64,000 bases of DNA from positions 64,001 to 128,000 of the forward strand of contig JBMFRB010000007.1 in the NCBI GenBank assembly GCA_049968255.1, written 5' to 3'. Below the pieces are notes generated by a model, which did no database searches, was not told the origin of the DNA, and was given only the letters and a program-made list of their open reading frames with translations. Of the stretch, positions 1 to 7,480 are shown piece by piece (position 1 is the first letter of the stretch; the number at the start of each line of letters is the position of its first letter). Both the position numbers and the translations under genes were made by a program. The DNA is from Candidatus Sumerlaeaceae bacterium. Its GTDB lineage: Bacteria; Sumerlaeota; Sumerlaeia; Sumerlaeales; Sumerlaeaceae.

Positions 1-188
1 AAATTATGGAGCTATTCGCTGAACTCAACGAGCAGGGCGTGACGCTCGTTATTGTGACGCACGAGCCGGACATTGCTGCGTGGTGCAAGAGAGTGATTCA
101 GATGCGGGATGGCAAAATTTTGGACGATCGCCCGATTGCCCCGCGGCGTCCCATGCTTGCGAAAGCGCAGCTAGAGCTTTCAAAATAA
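1..188 (+). CDS. ABC transporter ATP-binding protein, MacB/LolD type (3' end only, begins before the window)
   Basis: C-terminal H-loop VIVTHE followed by RVIQMRDGKI, typical of MacB/LolD ATPases. Confidence 0.85.
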   Translation, partial: IMELFAELNEQGVTLVIVTHEPDIAAWCKRVIQMRDGKILDDRPIAPRRPMLAKAQLELSK

Positions 189-255
189 CAATTTGACACA
201 TTTCGTAAGGTGCAATCCTTTGCGCTTACGCTTTGGCATGAAGAGGTCACCCAAG

Positions 256-1344
256 ATGGGCGTGATGAAGAAAAGTGCGGTTCGAAACAGCTCCGAGAAG
301 TTTCGCGACAGGCACTTCTTGCGCTTGTGGACGCTCATTTATTTGCTGAGTACGGCGACCTGTTCTTATTCTTACCATCAAATGCTCAAGGAGCTAGAAG
401 AGAGGGGCATTCCTTGCTGTCGTCGAACACTTTTGCGGGACCTGAGAGTTCTCCAAAGTGCTGGCTGGCCTCTCAAATGCACAACTCGACGCGACGGCTC
501 GAAGTGGTGGCGCCTCGAGCTGAAGAGCGGAATTCCCCTTCCCTTTCCGGCGGAAGCTAATGAAGTCTTGGCTCTGGCTGTTGCTCGAAATGCTCTGATG
601 CTTACGGATTTCGCCCAGCTGGTCAGATACCTCGACCAATTGTGGAACCGCGTGGGCCAGATCTACCCAGAGGGATACAGGCGCCTTTACGACGAGGTAT
701 CCGCTAACGTTGTGGTGCAAAAAGCGTCGATGCGCGAAAAGATGCAGGACATCGGGCACTACGATCAGCTTATGCGGGCAATTGAGGAGCGACGTAAGGT
801 CCAAATTACCTATCGCGACCATGAGGGACGCCTGTCGAAAGATCGGATTATTGCGCCACTAAAGCTTTTCATCGCATCGGGACACACGTATCTCCGTGCT
901 TTTTGCTACCTCCGCGGAGAAAAACGGAATTTCAGGCTATCGAGGCTGCAGGGGCAAGTGGTTATGCTGCGAGAACAGTTTTCGGAAGAATTGCTCCGAG
1001 GCATTGACAAAGAGCTGGACTATGCTCTGGGCGGGTTTCATGCAAAACCAGAGCTCGTTGTGCTGGCCGTGGATGATATGCTGGCTAGTTATTTGGAAGA
1101 AAATCCGCTCCACGTTTCGCAAAAGATCGTAAGAGACAAACGATTTATCAAAGTAGAACTATTCGTAGGATTGAATGAAACGCTTTTCCACAAACTCTTG
1201 GGTTTTGGCGAACACATCCGCGTGCTAGAGCCAGCGAAGCTGCGCTTGCTCCTTGCCGAGCGCCACAAAGGCGCATTTGAATCCTTCTGCGAGCCTGACG
1301 GCAACGGGCATCAGCCAGAATTACCTCTGCTGGTAGAAGAATAG
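256..1344 (+). CDS. WYL-domain transcriptional regulator (wHTH-WYL-WCX, PafB/PafC/DriD/BrxR-like)
   Basis: N-terminal HTH (RRTLLRDLRVLQSAGWPL), WYL core (AIEERRKVQITY...RIIAPLKL...TYLRAFCYLRGEKRNFRLSRL), WCX tail (LLGFGEHIRVLEPAKLR). ATG 256 has a GAGGT SD; alternative starts 193/238/265. Confidence 0.92.
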   Translation: MGVMKKSAVRNSSEKFRDRHFLRLWTLIYLLSTATCSYSYHQMLKELEERGIPCCRRTLLRDLRVLQSAGWPLKCTTRRDGSKWWRLELKSGIPLPFPAEANEVLALAVARNALMLTDFAQLVRYLDQLWNRVGQIYPEGYRRLYDEVSANVVVQKASMREKMQDIGHYDQLMRAIEERRKVQITYRDHEGRLSKDRIIAPLKLFIASGHTYLRAFCYLRGEKRNFRLSRLQGQVVMLREQFSEELLRGIDKELDYALGGFHAKPELVVLAVDDMLASYLEENPLHVSQKIVRDKRFIKVELFVGLNETLFHKLLGFGEHIRVLEPAKLRLLLAERHKGAFESFCEPDGNGHQPELPLLVEE

Positions 1345-1389
1345 GGCTACATCAGGCGCAACGAGGCTTGTCTCTTTTTTCACAACCTA

Positions 1390-1404
1390 TGACCACCCTT
1401 GTCA
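1390..1404. promoter_or_regulatory. Candidate WYL operator TGAC-N7-GTCA
   Basis: Perfect 4-bp inverted repeat with 7-nt spacer about 45 nt after the WYL stop; GAC-N7-GTC spacing matches the DriD-type WYL box as I recall it. Confidence 0.5.
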
Positions 1405-1581
1405 CCCCTGCTTCGTACTTAACAGCGGAACGGCACGAGGGCTGCGGGTTCGCCGTGGGCAGGGGGGAACAACAAGGAGCCACGGCTGAGCTCAGGGGGT
1501 AGACGGCGCCTCGTGCCTTCCAAAACTCAAGGGGCTTGTGGAGGGTGGAAGAGGAAACCCCTAGAGACGAAGGCAGGGGGG
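1405..1581 (+). ncRNA. Putative structured non-coding RNA of unknown family
   Basis: Nested helices: 1405-1416/1567-1579, 1427-1440/1509-1521 (bulged C1431), 1441-1444/1504-1507, 1446-1458/1480-1493. G-U pairs favour the + strand; a terminator follows directly. Confidence 0.55.
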
Positions 1582-1583
1582 CT

Positions 1584-1630
1584 GCGGATCGAGAGGATAA
1601 GGCATCTTCTCTCGATCCGCTTTTTTGTTT
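1584..1630 (+). terminator. Rho-independent terminator
   Basis: GCGGATCGAGAG...CTCTCGATCCGC stem followed by TTTTTTGTTT. Confidence 0.85.
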
Positions 1631-1802
1631 AGGAGCTAAGGAGTACATTTTCTTTGCGGTCAGCCTGGATATCGACGTTCGCTGTCTATTCTGGCCGCAG
1701 CAGCTCTTTTCCTTCCCCCTCAATCTCGATTGTTATTTCGAATGTCATAATGTTATTATTATTTCTCCATTCTGTGGCAATCCGCACAACCGTGCCTCGG
1801 AG
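1629..1802 (-). pseudogene. Decayed fragment of a MacA/HlyD-type efflux periplasmic adaptor
   Basis: Minus strand reads LRGTVVRIATEWRNNNNIMTFEITIEIEGEGKELLRPE*TANVDIQADRKENVLL, resembling the adaptor beta-barrel motif (LRPGMTANVxI...NVLLVP), with an in-frame TAG at 1686-1688. Confidence 0.65.
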
Positions 1803-2147
1803 ATGGCGCACCAGAATTTAGTATGTTGTGTCCTTACTGCCGATATTGCGCTCTGGTTCTGTGGACGTTGCTTAGGTATGTGGCATGTAAGGAGCGCGAA
1901 AAACATATGGCCCAGTGCAGGATTCGAGCTTTGAGTCGAAACGTCTCCTACTCGCGTGATTTGGCTACCCGAGATAGGTCTTTTTCCGGTTTCACGGTAT
2001 TCTCGTTTTCCAAGGCGGTAGGACTTGCGTGTCAGGCAAGAGCTTGGCAATGAAACCACGACGTGTGTGCCAAGTGTTGCTGCGCCAGCGGGCCGGAGCG
2101 TGGTTTTTCCTTTACCGCGCGTGGCCACAAGTCCGAGATACGGGAAT

Positions 2148-3272
2148 ATGCGTGTGGCCCTAGTGCACGACTGGCTCAATGGAATGCGGGGCGGTGAAAA
2201 GGTTTTTGAGGTGCTTTGCGAACTGTTCCCGCAGGCCGACGTCTATACTTTGTTCTATGAGCCACGGAAGGTTTCCCCTCTCATTCGCACGATGAAAGTG
2301 CATGAGTGGTGGGCCGCACGGTGGATTCCCTTCGCCCGGCGCTCCTATCGTTGGTTTTTGCCAGTGCTGCCCAGTGCGGTGGAACATTTCCCTATTCGCA
2401 ACTATGATCTGGTGATCTCTACTTCGCATTGCGTAGCGAAGGGGATTCGGCCTGAGCCCAAGACCACGTTGCATATCTCGTATTGCTTCACGCCGATGCG
2501 ATATTTGTGGGACAAATTTGACGATTATTTTGGCGATTTGTACCATCCAGCATCGCTGGCTATGCTGGCGATGCGCGCCTGGCTTCAGCAGTGGGATGTG
2601 AAATCGTCATCGCGTGTGACGCATTTCTTAGCACCTTCGGAATACGTGCGGGAACGGATCCGACGAATTTATCAGCGTGAGGCAATTGTTTTACCGCCAC
2701 CGGTGGATTGGAACAGATATTCGATGATCGAACGCCTGCCGTCGGAGTTCTTCCTTGTCGTGTCTGCGCTTGAACCCTATAAGCGGGTGGACGTAGCGGT
2801 GGAAGCCTGCAACCGGCTGCGCGTACCTTTGAAAGTTGTGGGCACTGGCACGCAACTTAGACGGTTGCGTCGGCTTGCAGGGCCGACGGTCGAATTTCTT
2901 GGCTGGGTAAGCGATTCGCAACTAGCAGCTCTGTATTCGTGTGCGCGGGCAGTTCTGTTTCCGGCGGATGAGGATTTTGGAATTGTGCCTCTGGAGGCGA
3001 TGGCATCAGGGTGTCCGGTCATCGCCTATCGCAAAGGTGGTGCACTTGAGACTGTGGTGGAAGGTCACACGGGGATTTTCTTTGATCAGCAGACGCCAGA
3101 GTCGTTGTGCGCGGCGATCGAAAAGTTCGAGGACATGAACTTTGATGAGGATTTTGGGCGACGTCATGCGCAGCGTTTTTCACGGGACATTTTCAAGGAA
3201 CGGCTGAAAGAGACGATTATTAAACTTGCTGGTTTGTCGTCTGGAACGATGCGGGCTGTACAATTGCCTTGA
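2148..3272 (+). CDS. Glycosyltransferase family 4 (GT-B)
   Basis: MRVALVHDWLNGMRGGEKV N-terminus; EDFGIVPLEAMASG signature. Confidence 0.92.
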   Translation: MRVALVHDWLNGMRGGEKVFEVLCELFPQADVYTLFYEPRKVSPLIRTMKVHEWWAARWIPFARRSYRWFLPVLPSAVEHFPIRNYDLVISTSHCVAKGIRPEPKTTLHISYCFTPMRYLWDKFDDYFGDLYHPASLAMLAMRAWLQQWDVKSSSRVTHFLAPSEYVRERIRRIYQREAIVLPPPVDWNRYSMIERLPSEFFLVVSALEPYKRVDVAVEACNRLRVPLKVVGTGTQLRRLRRLAGPTVEFLGWVSDSQLAALYSCARAVLFPADEDFGIVPLEAMASGCPVIAYRKGGALETVVEGHTGIFFDQQTPESLCAAIEKFEDMNFDEDFGRRHAQRFSRDIFKERLKETIIKLAGLSSGTMRAVQLP

Positions 3273-3351
3273 GATGCTTGAAGCTTTCGTGCTTGCACCT
3301 CGTTGCCGCTCTGTTAGAAGTTATTTAGCCTGATTTGGGAGTGTGTGACGG

Positions 3352-4653
3352 ATGACGGTCGTGGCAATGCTTTTGGCGGGCGGACAAGGGTCGCGTCTGT
3401 CAATTCTTTCGCAGCACCGTGCGAAACCGGCAGTGCCATTTGGCGGAAGTTACCGAATCATTGATTTCACCCTCAGCAATGTTATGCATGCGGAAATTCC
3501 CTATATTGGCATTCTCACCCAATATAAGCCTTACTCGCTGATGGAGCATTTTGGCAATGGCGAGTGGTGGGGATTCGCCGGCCGAGGACGTGTGGGACGC
3601 ATTCTTCCCCCCGCCACAGGTGAGGAAGACAGCGACTGGTACGCGGGCACAGCTGATGCGGTGTGGCAGAACCGCAATTTTCTGGCGCGCTTCAGCCCCG
3701 AGTTGGTCCTCGTGTTATCGGGTGATCATATCTACCAGATGGATTACGCCGATCTGATCGCATTTCACCGTGAACGAAAAGCCGAGCTGACTATCGCCAT
3801 GCAGCGGGTCCCGTGGGAGGATACATCGCGGTTTGGTGTGGCGTTGACGGATGAGCGGGGTCGGATAGTGCAATTTCAAGAAAAACCTAAGAGCAATCCC
3901 ATAAGTAATCTCGCTTCTTTGGGCATTTATGTCTTCGACACGGACGTCCTGCTTCGGCGGTTGGCCGAAGACGCAGAAAACAATCAGAGCAAGCACGATT
4001 TCGGCATGAACGTGATCCCAAGTATGCTCGACCGCGATAGAGTTTACGCGTACGAGTTTTCAGGTTATTGGCGCGATGTGGGGACGATCCAATCGTATTG
4101 GGATGCCAATATGGAGTCGCTGGATCCGAGATCGGGCTTAGATCTGGTGGAGTGGCGGGTCCGCACAAATTATTACGATCCCCGGCCGCAAAATGAGCTT
4201 CCGGCTCGGATCGGTCCGCAGGCGCGTATATCGAATAGCTATGTGCCGCGTGGCTGTGTGGTGGAAGGAGTTGTGGAACACTCGATTCTATTCCCAGGGG
4301 TGCATGTGGAGCGCGACGCTGTTGTGCGCGATTCGATCGTGATGAACAACTCGTACATTGCACAGGGTTGCGCGATCGAGCGGGCGATTCTCGATAAGAA
4401 CGTCCGTGTGGAACAATGCTGCCGGATTGGCACAAGTGAAACCAGTATCCCGAACAAGGATTTCCCCCATTTACTCGATTCGGGACTCGTGGTCGTGGGA
4501 AAAAATTCGCATCTGCCCGCTGGCATGGAAATAGGGAAGAACGTGCTGATTTGTCCGGATGTTGAACCGCAAGATTTCACCAGTGGGAAACTGGACTCAG
4601 GAATGACGGTTTACCCTTCGAAAAAACAGCACCGAGGAGCGTTGACTGGGTGA
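3352..4653 (+). CDS. glgC: Glucose-1-phosphate adenylyltransferase
   Basis: LAGGQGSRL, RAKPAVPFGGSYRIIDF, WYAGTADAV, LSGDHIY, FQEKP, YWRDVGT motifs; C-terminal beta-helix. Confidence 0.95.
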   Translation: MTVVAMLLAGGQGSRLSILSQHRAKPAVPFGGSYRIIDFTLSNVMHAEIPYIGILTQYKPYSLMEHFGNGEWWGFAGRGRVGRILPPATGEEDSDWYAGTADAVWQNRNFLARFSPELVLVLSGDHIYQMDYADLIAFHRERKAELTIAMQRVPWEDTSRFGVALTDERGRIVQFQEKPKSNPISNLASLGIYVFDTDVLLRRLAEDAENNQSKHDFGMNVIPSMLDRDRVYAYEFSGYWRDVGTIQSYWDANMESLDPRSGLDLVEWRVRTNYYDPRPQNELPARIGPQARISNSYVPRGCVVEGVVEHSILFPGVHVERDAVVRDSIVMNNSYIAQGCAIERAILDKNVRVEQCCRIGTSETSIPNKDFPHLLDSGLVVVGKNSHLPAGMEIGKNVLICPDVEPQDFTSGKLDSGMTVYPSKKQHRGALTG

Positions 4654-5657
4654 GCACAAGATTGTTGTTAGTGTGGTTACTGGGGGCGATTCTGATGAGT
4701 TTTTCGTCGGGGGTGCTCGCCGAGGTTGTGCAAAAGGGGCCACTGGCAGGAAAGAATGTTCTGCCGGTGGGCCACGCGGACGTGACAGTGGCGGAAAGCC
4801 CCATGGCCGCCATGATGGTCATAAAGCATGCTCCTGCGAACTATGATAAGCTTGCTCGTTTCGACGCAGCGCTGCAGACAACGATGACGGCTGGTATTCC
4901 TGCGTTTGCGCTGGTTGAGCTCGATAATGAAGATCAGCTCGATGTTGTGGAGGAAATCGTAGGACAAAGGGGCATCCGATTGCCAGTCTTTGGCACAACG
5001 GAGGACTTGCTCGGCGAAAACGAGGCGAAACTTTACATTTTGGTCGATGGACGTGCTTTGCTGGTCGAGGGGCTGGACTTCGAGAAACTGCTCTCTGAAC
5101 TTACCAGCCGCCGTCAGTCGGCCACGGAGTCCGGGCGAAGCGACGCTGCGACTTCGGCCCCTGCGTTGCTGCCAGCGAAAAATCCACTGTACGTGAATCA
5201 GCGCTACGAGTTCTCAGTGCGCTGGCCGCCAGGGTGGAACTATCGCGTGGCACGCAATAACGACGGTGCGGTGGGCGTGGCTCCCCCCGGGAGTGGGCTC
5301 GAAGCGCGAGTTTGGGCCGCGCCCGAGATCAAAAGTAATGACCCGAGTGACCCGCCCGCTTACGTGCAGATCAAGGACTACCTGAACTTTCTCAAAACAC
5401 AGGCTCGGGGAGAGATCCGCGTGGAGAGTAAACTCAAAGTATTCGATGGAGACATTGAAGGGCGAGATTACACTTACTCCTACGAGCGTGCAGGAAATGG
5501 CGTAAAGCCGGATCAGAAGTATCGAGGACGGATTCAGGCGTTTGTTGTGGACGGAGTTGCAAAGCTCATCTGCGTGGAAGGACCCGAAGAAGAGTTTCGC
5601 CGAGAGGAAAACACTGTAGACAAATTTATTTACTCATTCCACCCGAGCATTGACTGA
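4650..5657 (+). CDS. Exported hypothetical protein, possible PsbP/Mog1-like C-terminal domain
   Basis: Signal peptide ending VLA; YVNQRYEFSVRWPPGW resembles the start of a PsbP-like domain; start overlaps the glgC stop. Confidence 0.7.
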   Translation: MSTRLLLVWLLGAILMSFSSGVLAEVVQKGPLAGKNVLPVGHADVTVAESPMAAMMVIKHAPANYDKLARFDAALQTTMTAGIPAFALVELDNEDQLDVVEEIVGQRGIRLPVFGTTEDLLGENEAKLYILVDGRALLVEGLDFEKLLSELTSRRQSATESGRSDAATSAPALLPAKNPLYVNQRYEFSVRWPPGWNYRVARNNDGAVGVAPPGSGLEARVWAAPEIKSNDPSDPPAYVQIKDYLNFLKTQARGEIRVESKLKVFDGDIEGRDYTYSYERAGNGVKPDQKYRGRIQAFVVDGVAKLICVEGPEEEFRREENTVDKFIYSFHPSID

Positions 5658-5716
5658 GCTGAACCTTCGCCTGGCGGCCACGAGGGCTAAAGAGAAGAAG
5701 AGGGTTCTCTCTGGTT

Positions 5717-6529
5717 TCAGTAGTTCAGGTCGCGGCGGAGAAAAAGCCAGAAACTCACAGCAAGGAACGCAACGAGCGCAATTAGACTTGTTGAAAACAT
5801 GTAAAGGGTGCGCTCTTGAAACCAGGCCTCGTACATTCCGCCGATTTTAGCGTCGGCTATTTTTAGAGGAAGATCGTAATAGGTGCTAAAAATAAACTGA
5901 CTGAGCTCGTAGCCGGCGATGCTAATAAATTGTTTCGCGGCGGTGACTGTGAGATAGAGGCCAAGTGCTATACCGACGGCGGTTCCGCCTGAGGTGACGA
6001 GCACACTGATCATGAAACCAAATGCCACGGTAGCAAGCTGAGGGATCAATGCCAAAGCAAGCCCCGTCAGGCAGACCACAAATTGCGTGGCCAGCGGTGG
6101 AACATCCAGCGACGAGTCGATGGCTTCGTTCAGGGGATATTTCTGAGCTACCATTGCCGCGATAAGGGCGTTGGCCACCTCGAGAAGCACGAGATACAGC
6201 ACTGCGGATAATAACTTGGCGATGAGAAATTGCGAGCGGGTGACAGGGCGAACCAAAATGGTGCGCAGAGTGCCTCGCGATGTTTCGGGAGCAACCGTCA
6301 TCGCCGCGAAGATCGTCGCGAAGATCGGCGTGGTGAGGGTGGAAGACAGGATCAAAGAACTTATGAAATAGTTGAACGCCGTGACCTGACCAGGCGTGGC
6401 GAAGCTTTCGACACTCTGCTTCGCGACAAACGCCATGAGAGCACTGCATGCGAGCCCGATGTATGGCAATTTTGTGCGCCATACCTTCGCCATTTCGGAA
6501 ACAAAAAGTCGCCGTACCTCGGAGAGCAT
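5717..6529 (-). CDS. ABC-2 type transporter permease
   Basis: About 6 TM segments; ETSRGTLRTILVRPVTRSQFLIAK motif; C-terminal FLRRDL. Confidence 0.88.
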   Translation of the reverse strand: MLSEVRRLFVSEMAKVWRTKLPYIGLACSALMAFVAKQSVESFATPGQVTAFNYFISSLILSSTLTTPIFATIFAAMTVAPETSRGTLRTILVRPVTRSQFLIAKLLSAVLYLVLLEVANALIAAMVAQKYPLNEAIDSSLDVPPLATQFVVCLTGLALALIPQLATVAFGFMISVLVTSGGTAVGIALGLYLTVTAAKQFISIAGYELSQFIFSTYYDLPLKIADAKIGGMYEAWFQERTLYMFSTSLIALVAFLAVSFWLFLRRDLNY

Positions 6530-6691
6530 TGCAATTGCTAAGCTAAGTGGCCGGAGGGAGCGATTGTAAAGATAGAAAACACGTTGCGCCACGTGAGCGA
6601 GTTACCGCTTTATGACGCAAAGAGCGAATAAAGGAGGCGCCTGAGGCGCGATTGTGAGCAAAACCAAAAACGAGACCCGACAGTGGCGACA

Positions 6692-7480
6692 ATGAAGATT
6701 GTAGACACCCATGCGCACCTTCATGACCACGAGTTTAGAAACGACTTTGAGAAGGTGCTGGAACGAGCGCGCATCAACGGCGTGGAACGTATCGTCCTCA
6801 TTGGTGAAGACGTGGCAAATAGTGCGGATGCCTTGGCCAAAGCAAAAAATTACCCTGAGTGGTGCTGGGCAAGTGTGGGTTTGCATCCGCACCGGGCGAA
6901 AGATTTTAGTCCGAGCACTGTGGAAGCCCTGAAAGATCTCGCGACGTCGGATCCGCGTGTCGTGGCGATCGGTGAAATTGGCCTGGATTTTCATTACAAC
7001 TTTGCCACGCCGGAGGAGCAGGTGCCGGTGTTTCGGGCGCAGATTGAACTGGCACACGAGCTACGTCTACCAATCGTCGTTCACTGCCGCGAGGCTTATG
7101 ACGTGGCCCTTGGGATTCTCCGCGAGCACGCTTCGGGAGCCCCAGCGGCCCCCTGGGGCGTTATGCACTGCTATTTCGGCACGTCTGAGCAAGCGGCGGC
7201 CTTTTTTGACTTGGGCTTACTGCTGGGCATTGGCGGCTCAGTCACGTTCAAAAAAGCGGAGGTCGTGCACGATGTGGTGCGAAAAATGCCATTGGATGCC
7301 ATGGTGCTGGAGACGGATGCGCCCTACATGGCGCCGGTGCCACACCGCGGCAAACGCAACGAACCAAACTATTTGCCATTAGTCGTCGAGCGCATTGCAG
7401 AGCTGAAATCCACGGTGGCTGGTTGCGTGGCTGAAGCAACGACCTACAACGCATACCGGCTCTTTCGGTGGTCTAGTTAG
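6692..7480 (+). CDS. tatD: TatD family hydrolase/DNase
   Basis: DTHAH, GLHPH, IGEIGLD, VVHCREA, LETDAPY, RGKRNEP motifs. Confidence 0.95.
   Translation: MKIVDTHAHLHDHEFRNDFEKVLERARINGVERIVLIGEDVANSADALAKAKNYPEWCWASVGLHPHRAKDFSPSTVEALKDLATSDPRVVAIGEIGLDFHYNFATPEEQVPVFRAQIELAHELRLPIVVHCREAYDVALGILREHASGAPAAPWGVMHCYFGTSEQAAAFFDLGLLLGIGGSVTFKKAEVVHDVVRKMPLDAMVLETDAPYMAPVPHRGKRNEPNYLPLVVERIAELKSTVAGCVAEATTYNAYRLFRWSS

Noticed and set aside
204-230. Hairpin CGTAAGGTGCAA...TTGCGCTTACG as a separate RNA element
   Set aside because: Short and lacks a clear T tract; most simply a weak terminator of the upstream ABC operon.
1405-1630. Retron msr-msd, CRISPR mini-array, SRP, RNase P, tmRNA or a known riboswitch
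   Set aside because: No reverse transcriptase or cas gene in the window, no repeat-spacer periodicity, and I could not find the hallmark motifs of those RNAs. 6S RNA is not fully excluded.
1352-1723. Minus-strand 123-aa ORF and plus-strand ORFs 1536-1934 and 1823-2053 as real genes
   Set aside because: No recognisable motifs and they cross a strong terminator; 1536-1934 is simply the antisense of the MacA-like remnant.
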